Shown piece after piece: positions 11,027 through 23,024 of a DNA stretch of 64,000 nt. The position numbers and the translations under genes were made by a program. The notes below the pieces were generated by a model. It was not told the origin of the DNA, did not search any database, and saw only the letters and a list, made by a program, of their open reading frames with translations. The DNA is from Gnetum montanum (lineage: Eukaryota; Plantae; Gnetophyta), in NCBI GenBank assembly GCA_015680685.1, contig MNCI01003445.1, forward strand, positions 189,776 through 253,775, written 5' to 3'. Position 1 is the first letter of the stretch. Every line of letters begins with the position of its first letter.

Positions 11027-12297
11027 ATTTCCTAGCAAGTTTCCAATGTTTATGCCTTGCTCAATTTACCATGAAAAAATAGTAAATTAGCCAATTCTTC
11101 TACCAAGCTAGAAAATCCCAAATTAGGGTTTAAAGAAAACAAATTTTTATATAAAATTGAGATTTAAAATAGAGAATGACTATTCAAAATGAATTGAACC
11201 TCAAAATCTTAACAAGATAAACATGAATCCTTGTTTATTTAACATTTAAACATCCTCCAAATATCCATATACATGAAAGGACTTACATAAACATGAGATG
11301 AAAGAGAGCATGCAAACTTGAGAAAGAATTTAGCAAGTTAAATTGAGAGTTCCATGAGAAATAAATCCTTCAATTCATGAGAGGATTATTGAGAAATATT
11401 AAGATATGGTTGTGAAAATTTAGTGTAGGATGTAATTGTCAAAAATCCCTTGGAAAAATTGAGTGTGAGGACCACAAGTGACCTTCAACTAATGAGAGAA
11501 TGAGACAAAATAAGGAAAGAATCCTAAAAAAGCTTTAGCACAATGAGCATAAAATGCACATAAGACAAGGAAAAAGGAGTTCTTTTATTTCTTCAAAAGC
11601 ATCAAACTACGATGGCTTTAAGAGAAAGGCGTGCCCCTCCATTTATGCTATTTCAAATGGAAAAAAATTATCCAAAATGTCTCAACATCATTGGCCACTA
11701 ATCCCCTTTTGCTTCTTTTAACATTACTCTATTTCCTATGCTTTTTAAACAAACAACACAAATTATAACTTTTAAATAAGGATCTAAAACCTAAACTTAA
11801 TAAGCTCTACTCACTACTTATGACTCCTAACTTCTACTACATTACTATAACATACAAAGAAAGATAAAAGCCATATTAAAATGAACATGGAATGAACACA
11901 TTCATATGATACTCAATACTTAATTCTAAAACCTCCCCAATTACAAAGCATTTTCTTTCAATAAAAATAAGAAATATCTCTTTGGTGTTGAAGGCAAAAT
12001 GGGTATGAACTTCTCAATTATCTACCATGCCTATGATTCTTGAAGCCATTGATTGTATGTAAGCTTTAAAATGAGAATAAATTTGGATAAAAGTAAAATT
12101 TAAATTAGACAAATTAGTATAGTTATATGCCCTGCATTCATCTCCCACATTTCCATCAACAAATAACATGTTAAATTTAAAATATTAAGAATATCTGCAA
12201 GGTAGATATGACCCACCAAATAAGTGTTTTGAAACCAGGAAGTTTTAAAATGAGAATAAATTTTAATAAAAAACAAATTTAAATTAAGCAAATTAGG

Positions 12298-12376
12298 AAA
12301 AAAAAAATTATGAGGCAGGAATTAAACCCACCACCTCTCAAAAAGATGACTATCTTGACCACACTATATTATAACC
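12298..12376 (-). mobile_element. Short tRNA-derived SINE or tRNA pseudogene remnant
   Basis: Minus strand has an A-box-like TATAGTGTGGTCAAG and a B-box-like GGTTTAATTCC followed by a T run. Confidence 0.4.
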
Positions 12377-12546
12377 ATAGTTGCATAATTATCAATATAA
12401 ACTATAATCAATAATAGACAGCAATTCATCACATATTTCACAAACTATGAAGCCCTATACTATAACCATAGTTGCATAATTATCAATATAAACTGTAATC
12501 AATAACAGACTTAGCAATTCATCACATATTTCACAAACTATGAAGC
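12364..12546. repeat. Tandem duplication, about 91-bp period, downstream of FAD
   Basis: tataaccatagttgcataattatcaatataaact...cacaaactatgaagc occurs at 12370-12453 and 12461-12546. Confidence 0.9.
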
Positions 12547-12896
12547 ACATTCTCAATAATAGCAACCATGCTTATTAAGGTACTATCTTTGCCTTCTTTT
12601 TTTGAAGAAAAGATATGTTTTTAAGTTTGTGGAATTCAGGTAAAAAATAAACTATCATACAAGAAGCTAGTCAATTTGAGTCGAGGAAAACAAGTATATT
12701 GTCACTTGATTTCCATCCAATTCACCGCCATTCCAAATATGATGTTTTCATACTTCCTGAATCACCTTTTAAGGCTTGCCAACATATCAAAAAAAGAACA
12801 TGCCCATGCCCATAGTCCATACCCATGCTCACTTTTAGACACCCTTAAGGGTAACTGTGTTTCTTGGCCGAAAAATGAAATTAAAATATATATGTA

Positions 12897-15436
12897 TCAA
12901 TGGCATTTGTTTGTCTTAGATCCCATGTAGAGCTTCAACACATCTAAAGGGCCATATAGAGTAGGATCGGTTTCATAGAACACTATATCTCCTTCATCCT
13001 TAACATAGTGATCCTCCGACAAACTCTTCAACAGAGGCTTGGCCAGCTTAATGGGAAAAATGCTGTTCCTCTTAGGCTCCCTGTAGTACTTTCCAAGCAC
13101 CGGTTTCACTGCCTCCGTCTGCACAAAGCATTATATTCAGAATAATGGCAGAAGGGAACAAGCTTATTATATCATTTTGCATAAAAAAATTCAAGCTTTA
13201 CCGCTTCAACAAGATGATAGTGGGGAATCTGAGGAAACAGATGGTGCACAACATGTGTTCCAATATCATGATGGATTTTGTTAAAGATACCATAATCTCT
13301 ATCTATTGTAGACAGTCCTCCTCTGAGGTAGCTCCATTCCTGCCATTGTACCGTTCGATTTAAAATAAAACTTGAATAGAAGACATTTTTCATGCCAATT
13401 TGCTTATTGCTATCAGCTAGAAACTAGAAATTTGAAGCAACTCTTAAAATCAGTGGTAGAATTATGCTACTATAATGCTGATTGACTACAGGCAGGTGAA
13501 AAACAACAATGCAGTGCACATGATTCCTTGAGGTCGGTATAATTATGCTGCCCTCTTACCTTTCCTCTGTACCATGGTACTTTCTGGCCGTGCCCATGAT
13601 GATGCAGGTAAGTTACCAAATCTAACCATGCCACAAAAACCTACAAAAGATGCCAAAACCACGGAGTTATTACAGTTTGGGACGGTATAATTAGTGCGAA
13701 ATTAAAGAAAATAGATTTGGTTCAATACCCAATACGGAACAACATAGAGCTTTATAATGCAGACAGGACCCATGATTATGGCAAGTCCCACGAGGATGCA
13801 GAACATGGCGATCCAGCATAAGGTGGATAGTAGTACATCATTTCTTTCACTTGAATCGAATAGCTTGGACTCAGGATCGAAATGAGAACCTTCCTTGCCG
13901 GGAGATCTGTACGCCTATTACCAACAGAACAAAAATATTCAGCATTTATTGGTAGTATTATCATTATTATTCAGAAACATTCTGAGAAAATGTATGAAAT
14001 TTGACCAGGTATTACCCACAGCAGGGCAAAACGCATTTAATGAATGGAAGACTAACCAGGTAGACAGGAAACGCAAATAGCTGCCAGGGAAGAGTAAATC
14101 TCATAATACGGGTACTATCATTTAAGCTTCTATACAACTTTTCTGTCATCTGCAACAGCCACAGCCACACCCACATAGGCAGATAACAAGTTATATTAAA
14201 TAATAATCACTTTCATTCCAATTTTGTGCATTAAAAATTTCTTTTCAATGCTCTTACTGGATGCCAAGATTCATCATTCTCCACATGTCCATGATTTTGA
14301 TGGTGGGTTCTGTGACTAATTCTCCTGCATAAAAAACAAGTCAACCACAGAGTAAAAATGTAGCCGTACAATGCACAGCATAGCTCAGAATCATACACTA
14401 GATATTAAACCCAATCTTGTATCGGTATCATCTATCACGCAACATGAATCGCAAGCCGCTAAGACCTAGGATATCATAAACAATATTGTACAAAGAGATT
14501 GAATGATTACGACTCACCTTACTTAGTTTTCATTAAGACTAACCTAGCTTTCTCAGTAACATATATTTGAATCAGAATTAGACATTGTTTCTAATTTCCC
14601 TTTCCCTTGGTAGATCGGAGATCCAGTAAGATGTAGATAGGCATTATGTGTTTTTGGTTAAAATCTCCCATTGGGCCAATAATGCTATGCACTGACTTAA
14701 TATAAATTATTCCTATCAATGTGTGATGCAGAGTGACCAAAGCAAGAAACAGAATCAGCTAAATAAGAAACACATACCAACCATGAAAAGGAACCAGAAT
14801 AAAAGAATGAGCCAGATGACCAACAATGTTATTCAGTGTGCGGCTATCCGAGAAGCTGCCATGACCACTGCACCGTAACAACAAACCAAAACAACCAGTT
14901 GCAACATTAAACGACATTATTTACGACAATATCACATCTTCATCTTCAAAAAGCTGCATTTTACTAATCCTACAGGCCATAGGTTCCAAAAAAATGACGG
15001 AAACTGAAATGTTTTGAATAGAAAGAATATATTGACTGAAATATACCTACCAGTCATGGCCGATGACAAAAAGGGCCCAGAACATGGTTCCTTGGGCAAA
15101 CCAGTAAAGAAGCCATAGCAGCCATGATTCCAAATACAAAAACACCGACGCTAGCAATGCAACCACGGCTACATCTCTGGCGAAATAGCTCACAGATCTG
15201 GTACTGCTCTTCACCCAGCAATGTGCAGGAATGGCAGCCCTTAACTGAGCAATGCTGAAGGGTGGCATTGCAGATGGATCAAAATGATGACTTTGCTTGT
15301 GCGGCTCCTCGTTTCCATTTTCATTATCATCATCATGTGGGGCATCCAGAGAAGACCTAATGAATGGTGGATTCAGCAAAGTTGCTGCGATACCCCTGCA
15401 TACAGGCTTCACCCATGTCCAGCAGCTCGCCACCAT
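12897..15436 (-). CDS. FAD3/FAD7: Omega-3 (delta-15) fatty acid desaturase, 420 aa; exons 15436-15051, 14867-14778, 14324-14258, 14149-14057, 13914-13729, 13640-13560, 13339-13202, 13118-12897
   Basis: All introns GT-AG. Internal exon sizes 90/67/93/186/81/138 are the conserved plant omega-3 FAD pattern. His boxes HDCGH, HRTHH and HVVHH; motifs FDPSAMPPF and [20 protein letters not shown] is 1263 nt with no stops. Confidence 0.97.
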
Positions 15437-15519
15437 ATTCGTTGTCGTTTTTGCTTCAGTTTCCTTCTGCAACTCAACTCTCTTCTCTTCTGTTGCTTTA
15501 ACCGCTCAGAGGCGCCTCG

Positions 15520-16260
15520 ATGATTATAAAAATTCCATTAAAGTCGTATCATTTGCACTGGTCCAAGCCAAACACGTTCAGGCCCCTTGTAAAAAAGCAA
15601 GCATAAGCGGCTACACAAAATTGCTTGCAGAGACCTTTTCGATTTGTTGGAACTGAAATGGGAAATACCTCACGAAATAATGATGAAATAAAAAACGAAG
15701 ATTCCTTCCTTCCTTCTAACGTTACCTACACGGTACTGTCTTAAGATACTATATGTTCCACGCGTGAAGGCGGCTACCAAGAAATAACTTATATCGACTT
15801 GATTTGAAAGCGGAGTAATATCCGTCAAATGCCATGGCGGTACCAAATGCCATGAATGCACATTTTAGTTTAACATTTTCTGTTTGTTTGTGGTCTGCAA
15901 CTTGGAGCCTTCCTTTCCGACAAAGCAGAGTTTGTACACACAGATAGCATTGTACACACAGATATCAAGAGACACAGTGAGTGAGCCGAATTTGAAATTG
16001 AAAATTGAAATGACATGGTCTGCGCTGGTTCGTTGTGGGTAGCTGTCACGTGATCGTGATCGTGATCGTGCTCGTGCTGGTGCGTGACAGCGAGAAACAG
16101 AGTAAGTGTGAGCCGAATTTGAAATTGAAAATTGAAATGACATGGTCTGTGTTAGTGTTGGTACGTTGTGGGTAGCTGTGGCGTGATCGTGACCGTGATT
16201 GTGCTGGTGGTGCGTGCAACACATGGATAAAAACGACTATGTCGTTGCGTGTGGGTAGAT
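15520..16260 (-). promoter_or_regulatory. Putative FAD proximal promoter: TATA-like TTTTATAA (15523-15530), G-box CACGTG (16047-16052), local duplication of about 125 bp
   Basis: TATA-like motif about 90 bp upstream of the ATG, also present in the pseudocopies. gagccgaatttgaaattgaaaattgaaatgacatggtctg occurs at both about 15983 and about 16110. (cgtgat)n run. Confidence 0.5.
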
Positions 16261-17445
16261 GTGGGATCGTGATTGCACTAGTGATGCGTGCAACACATGG
16301 ATTAGTACTAGTACTAATGCCGGTAATTGCGTGTTGGTGTCCTGGCTTGGCTCAAGTCTTTTGCCTGTAAACTACTCTTCCCATGACCAGAAGCGGTCAA
16401 CTGCTCCAACGACACAAATGTCTCATATCAATGGTAACGCCTTTACTGCAGTGAATTTGAATTTTCCATTACTTGGCTAGTGTCATGTCATACCGGACAT
16501 ACTTATAAAAAAAATACCTTTAACATAGATTCAATCTTTACCGATTTTGTTTTGCAATTGTTGTTAAGCAAAAGATAAGTTTATATATACTTTATACAAT
16601 ATTTGATTTTGATAATCTCAACTTCACTACAAATGAATTTTATATTGCATTTATATATATATGGAATGTTTTGAATGGTTATGTTGTTAATGATTTCTTA
16701 TGTATATTGATTTTCTTTCTTTCCTTTCTTGTTTAAGTATTAACATAACTGAATGTAATAAAATGCAATAGACTATATTTTTGTTTTGTATGTTTTTAAT
16801 AATTATATTTTGAATGATTAAAATTAATTTAAAAAGTCATTCTTTTTTTATTTTTGATTTTTATACTATTGATGCATAAATTTTGGTCATTAACACTTAG
16901 GGAAAAACTTATTTGAGAAGACTATTACCTACAGCCCCTCCTATATGGGAATGGAAACCTAGGAATAGTTTCAACTAGAAAAGGCTACGTGGCCTTTTAA
17001 AAACAGTAAACCAAACTAAAAAATCAGGAATTTAAATTGAATGATTGTCTTGTATACAATAAGTAATTAAAAGAAATAAATTTTCCTTAATCCTGTTGAT
17101 GCTGCCGGTGATATCTATTGTCCAACAGGAAGAGGGAGAGAGAAGAAGCTAGATCTTGCATCACCACTTGGTGTGCACGCTTGTTGCTATCTACTGTTGC
17201 AACACTACAATAAGAGAGAGAAATCTATTCTTGCTACTCACTGCCATTCTTATGTAGTTGAAAGAGCAAGGGAGAAAAAACTGTTGTGGATAAGAGAAAA
17301 GCGGAGACCTTGACATCAGCAATCTGTTGTCATCTACTGCCTCACATCCACCAAAAATGAATAAAACAAAATTATAGAATCCACTTGCCACTACTGGTGT
17401 AGCTACCAATGCTGCTCTCACGCCTGCTGGTGGCACAGAGAGAGG

Positions 17446-17791
17446 AATCTATCCCTACCATTGTAGAGAAAGAAATCTATTGCTACTATGCTTGCACTGT
17501 GCCGTGCACACTGCCAATGATCAAGGGAGGACAGAAGGCTACCCACTAGGGCAAGCAAAGAGAAATAAAATTGTCGCCTACTAGTTTTTTGCTAAAAGGA
17601 ATAAAAGAGATCGTCGCCAATCTATCCCTACCATTGTAGAGAAAGAAATCTATTGCTACTATGCTTGCACTGTGCCGTGCACACTGCCAATGATCAAGGG
17701 AGGACAGAAGGCTACCCACTAGGGCAAGCAAAGAGAAATAAAATTGTCGCCTACTAGTTTTTTGCTAAAAGGAATAAAAGAGATCGTCGCC
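17446..17791. repeat. Perfect 173-bp tandem duplication
   Basis: 17446-17618 appears identical to 17619-17791. Confidence 0.95.
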
Positions 17792-18196
17792 TCCTCCCTA
17801 CTAGTGTTGTTTCCTATGCAAAGGATGAGACTTTTGCTGCTTCAACTCCTAGTTGCCCCTAGATCTCATTTTTCAGGTACTGGCTCCTCCTTAGACCCCT
17901 TGAAAGACTAATGATCCATCAATCTAGCTATTTCTGTCTTTTATAGCCATTACCCTCATTCTAGTGCATAAAAGGTGTTGATGCATAAATTTTGGATGCA
18001 CCAACACATGGGAAAAAACTTGTTTAAAGAGACTATTGCATACAACACCTTCCATATGGAAATGGACACCCAATAATAGTCTCAGCTAAAGAGGGCTACG
18101 TGGCCTTTTGAAAATAGTTTTAAAAAATGAGAATTTTAATAGAATGAGTGTCTCGAATTCAAGAATACAAAAGGTAACCAAAATAAATTTTCCCTG

Positions 18197-19725
18197 TATT
18201 CAAGAAACAAATCAACCACAGAGCATAAAAATGTAGCCATACAATGCACAGCATAGCTCAAAATCATACACTAGATGATAAACCCAATCTCATATTAGTA
18301 TCATCTATCATGCAACATGAATCGCAAGCTGCTAAAACCTAGGATATCATAAACAATATTGTATAGAGAGATCGAATGATTATGACTCACCTTACTTAGT
18401 TTTCATTAAGACTAACCTAGCTTTCTTAGTAAAATATATTTGAATTAGAGTCAAACATTGTTTCTAATTTCCCCTGGTAGATTGGAGATCCATTATTGTA
18501 CGATGTAGATAGGCATTATGTGCTTCATGCACTAGGAGATCCGTGTCCTATTTTTGGTTAAAATCTCCCATCGGGCCAATAATGCTATGCACTAACTTAA
18601 TATAAATTATTCCTATCAATGTGTGATGTAGAGTGACGAAAGAAAGAAACAGAATCAGCTAAATAAGAATGAAAGTATGAGAAAGAGATTAAACACATAC
18701 CAACCAAAGAATAAGCCAAATGACCAACAATGTTATTCAGTGTGCGGCTATCCGAGAAGCTACCATGACCACTGCACCGTAACAACAAACAAAAACAACC
18801 AATTGCAACATTAAATGACATTATTTACGACAATATCACATCTTCATCTTCAAAAAGCTGCATTTTTCTAATCCTACAGGCCATAGGTTCTTTCGATCCA
18901 AGTGAGATGTAGTTGCCAAAAAAATGATAGAAACTGAAATATTTTGAATAGAAAGAATATATTGACTGAAATATACCTACCAATCATAGTTGATGAAAAA
19001 AAGGGCCCAGAACATGGTTCCTTGGGAAAACTAGTAAAGAGGCCATAGCAACCATGATTTCAAATACAAAAACACAGACGCTAGCAATGTAACCACAGCT
19101 ACATCTCTGGCGAAATAGCTCACAGATCTACTATTGCTCTTCACCCAACAATGTACAAGAATGGCGGCCCTTACCTGAGCAATGCTAAAGGGTGGCATTG
19201 CAGATGGTTCAAAATGATGACTTTGCTTCTGCTACTCCTCGTTTCCATTTCCATTATCATCATCATGTGGGGCATCCAGATAAGACCTAATGAATGGTGG
19301 ATTTAGCAAAGTTGCTACGATACCCTACATACAGGCTTCACCCATGTCCAACCGCAGCTCGCCACCATATTCACTATTGCTTTTGTTTATGTTTCTGCTT
19401 CTGCTTTTGCAACTCAACTCTCTTCTCTTTTGTTGTTTTAACTGCTAACATGTGCCTCAATGCTTATAAAAGTTTTAGTCAAAGTCCTATTAGTTGCACT
19501 GGTTTGAGCCAAACTCGTTTAGGGCCCTACGTAAAAAGTAAGCATAAGCGACTACACAAAATTTCTTGCTGAGACCTTTTCGATTTGTTGGAACTACTTG
19601 TATCTATTTTACTTTCCATTTGAGCTTACTACACCAATATCTTTACCATTAATCTAATACCTCATAAATTAATGATGAAATAAAAAATGAAGATTCATTC
19701 TTTTTTTATAATGTTACCTACATGG
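18197..19725 (-). pseudogene. FAD partial copy 2 (intron 2, exon 2 18701-18771, exon 1 18981-19368, proximal promoter)
   Basis: Colinear with 14325-15730. 19-bp deletion in exon 2, 1-bp frameshift and TGG>TAG (19031) in exon 1, first His box mutated (GHD>NYD). Exons 3-8 absent. Confidence 0.93.
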
Positions 19726-20495
19726 TAAAACACCACAAAATTTCAGGTTTATGCATTGTGACTGCAAAGATGGCTAAGTGTTAAAACAATGGCACTTTAC
19801 CCATATTTTTCCAAATGTTGAGTGTAGTCGGCTCCAATTCGCAGATTTGCAAAATTTTTTTATGTGTTAAAACAATGGCACTTTCAACACCCTGTTATGC
19901 TGCATAGCATAGCGGAGCGTAACACTCTGTTACGCTGCATAGCATAGCGCAGTGTAACACACTGTTACGCTGCATAACGTAGTGTAGTATAACATCTTGT
20001 TACGCGCTGTTACACTGCATAACACCTTGTTACGTGCTGTTACGTTGCATATCGTAGCACACTATTACGCTGCATAGCGTAACACTTTGTTACAGGCTGT
20101 TACACGCTGTTACACTACGTAACACCCTGTTATGGGTTGTTACGTGCAGTTACACTGCATAGCGTAGCACACTGTTACGTTGCATAGCGTAGCGTAGCGT
20201 AACACGTTGTTACGTGTTGTTACACTGCGTACACCCTGTTACACGTTGTTACACTACGTAACACCCTTTTACGCTGCACTTTGTTATGTAACACCCCATT
20301 ACGCTATGCAACGTAGCACCCTATCACGCTGTGTAGCACCATGTCCAACGTTGTAGCTAGTGTCCTATGTCCCACATGTAACACCGGATGAGCGTAGCAA
20401 ACAGCATGGTCCCATCCACTGCACTGCCACGTGGCACTTGATCCACATGTTGGGCTAACCCTAGCCCTATAAATACCTCTACGTCCTCTTTTGAA
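19726..20495 (+). mobile_element. Truncated duplicate of the solo LTR (5'/U3 part up to just after the TATA box)
   Basis: Same left flank (cctaCATGG) and sequence as 21814-22337, with an expanded gttacgctgcatagcgtaacac repeat array. ccctataaata at 20465-20475. Confidence 0.88.
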
Positions 20496-21813
20496 TTAGT
20501 GTCAGACATTGTTTCTAATTTCCCCTAATTGATAGATTGGAGATCCATTATTGTAAGATGTAGATAGGCATTATGTGCTGCATGCACTGGGAGATCCGTG
20601 TCCTATTTTTGGTTAAAATCTCCCATCGGGCCAATAATGCTATGCACTAACTTCATATAAATTATTCCTATTAATGTGTGATGTAGAGTGATGAAAGAAA
20701 GAAACAAAATCTGCTAAATAAGAATGAAAGTATGAGAAAGAGATTAAACACATACCAACCATGAAAAGGAACCAGAATAAAAGAATGAGCCAATGACCAA
20801 CAATGTTATTCAGTGTGCGACTATTCGAGAAGCTACCATGACCACTGCATCGTAACAACAAACCAAAACAACCAGTTACAACATTAAATGAAATTATTTA
20901 CGAAAATATCACATCTTCATCTTCAAAAAGCTACATTTTCCTAATCCTACAGGCCATAGGTTCTTTCGATTCCAGTGAGATGTAGCTGCCAAAAAAGTGA
21001 CAAAAACTAAAATGTTTTGAATATAAAGAATATATTGACTGAAATATACCTACTAGTCATGGCCAATGACAAAAAGGGCCTAGAATGTGTTTCCTTGGGT
21101 AAACCTTGTAGAGAGGCCATAGAAAACATTAATCCAAATACAAAAACACAAATGCCAACAATGCAACCATGGCTACATCTCTGGCAAATAACTCACAGAT
21201 CTACTACTGCTCTTCACCTAGCAATGTGTAGGAATGGTAGCCCTTACTTGAGCAATGCTGAAGGGTGGCATTGCAGGTGAATCGAAATGATGACTTTGCT
21301 TCTGCTGCTCCTCGTTTCCATTTCCATTATCATCATCATGTGGGGCATTAAGAAAAGACCTAATGAATGGTGGATTCAGCAAAGTTGTTGCGATACCCCT
21401 GCATACAGGCCTCATCCATGTCCAACCGCAACTCGCCACCATACTCGTTGCTACTTTTATTTTTGTTTCTGCTTCTACTTCTACCACTCAACTCTCTTCT
21501 CTTCTATTGCTTTAACTGCTCACACACACCTTGATACTTATAAAAGTTCTAGTCAAAGTCGTATCAGTTGCACTGGTTTGAGCCGAACTCATTCAGGGCC
21601 CATGCATAAAAAGCAAGCATAAGCAGCTACACAAAATTGCTTGCTAAGACCTTTTTGATTTGTTGGAATTGAAATGGGAATCTACTTGTATCTATTTTAC
21701 TTTCCATTTGAGCTTACTACACCAATATCTTTACCATTAATCTAATACCTCATAAAATAATGATGAAATAAAAAACGAAGATTCCTTCTTTCCTTCTAAT
21801 GTTACCTACATGG
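20490..21813 (-). pseudogene. FAD partial copy 3 (part of intron 2, exon 2 20756-20844, exon 1 21054-21442, proximal promoter)
   Basis: Colinear with 14566-15730. 1-bp deletion in exon 2; TGG>TAG at 21218 and a second near 21080. Confidence 0.93.
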
Positions 21814-23024
21814 TGAAGCACCACAAAATTTCAGGTTTCCGCATTATGACTGCAAATATGGCTAACTATTAAAACAGTGGCACTTTGCCAATATTTTTCC
21901 AAATGTTGAGTGTAGTCAGCTCCAATTGGTGGATTTACAAAATTTTTGTAAGTGTCAAAACGATGCCACTTTAAACACCTTGTTACAATGCGTAGCATAG
22001 CGTACTATTACGCTGCATAGCGTAGCATAGCGTAACACACTGTTATAAGTTGTTACATGTTGTTACATTGCGTACACCTTGTTACACATTGTTACGCTAC
22101 GTAACACCCTGTTATGCTGCACCTTGTTATGTAACACCCCGTTATGTTGTGCAGCATAGCACCCTATCATGCTGTGTAGCACCATGTGCAACATTGTAGC
22201 TAGTGTCCTGTGTCCTACGTGTAACACGGGATGAGCATAGCAGATAGCATGGTCCCATCCACTGCACTGCCACGTGGCACTTGATCCGCATTTTGGGCTA
22301 ACCCTAGCCCTATAAATACCTTTGCGCCCTCTTTTGAAAAAGGAGAGAAGAAAGGGGGGAGGCTTCCATTTCTTCACCAGCAAGGCAGTTGGCACTTCCA
22401 TTTTGGCATTTGGCATTTTGGCATCTTGGCACTTAGCTCCATGGGTGAACGAGACCCAGAGCACACCACACTGACAGAGAGACACAACTACACCGCACGG
22501 TACACTGCAACCCCATTGCAGCCTAGTGGAACATTGCATAGTACACTGTGACTACCAACCTAGTAGACATAGTTTATCATAGTGAGCACTAAATTTCACA
22601 ACCCGACACCACCGAGGCTGTGATTGCACTCCTACTACACCTATTGTATACTTTGTATACCTGTACCCCTTTTTTGGGATGGTGCATCTTCCTATTCAAA
22701 CTCTATTTTTGTTTGATTACAGCATTTATTTTTTTGGCATTGTCAAGCATTCAATCGTATCCACTGTCCCATTACGTGCTTTAGCACGTTTCTATTGTTG
22801 TGCACATTACATTTTCTTTTTATTTTACCACTAGGTGTTCCATTTAAAATCATTGTTTGCAAAAGGGTTATTGTACATCAATTAAGTCCCTATCTGATTG
22901 ACCAAACCGTTCAGGGCACCTTGAATCCATTCTCTCTAGCACGGTCCTCGCGTAGATCCGGGGTTAGGCTATGCACTTGAAGACCTCTCGATGTTTCCAA
23001 CCATTGACATTTTCTATCGCTACA
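21814..23024 (+). mobile_element. Solo LTR (1211 bp), related to the Tat-lineage LTR at 7295-8594
   Basis: TGAAGCA...CGCTACA with perfect 5-bp TSD CATGG (21809-21813 and 23025-23029). Absent from the functional promoter (ctacacggtac at about 15726). TATA near 22311. Confidence 0.92.

Noticed and set aside
15437-15472. ORF-track start MQKETEAK... for FAD exon 1
   Set aside because: It begins at a TTG. The first ATG is at 15436, and the equivalent ATG is conserved in both pseudocopies.
15284-15656. Plus-strand ORFs overlapping FAD exon 1 (also 19294-19572 and 21287-21622)
   Set aside because: Antisense shadows of the desaturase exon, frameshifted between copies, with no independent motifs.
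15865-16224. His-rich / RS-repeat ORF (also 23519-23764)
   Set aside because: Arises from (cgtgat)n-type repeats in the FAD promoter, and the frame is not conserved between copies.
19726-23024. Retrotransposon-mediated capture of FAD exons between two LTRs
   Set aside because: Both LTR copies share the same upstream FAD-promoter flank, the first is truncated, introns are retained and there is no PBS/PPT. This indicates segmental duplication after a solo-LTR insertion.
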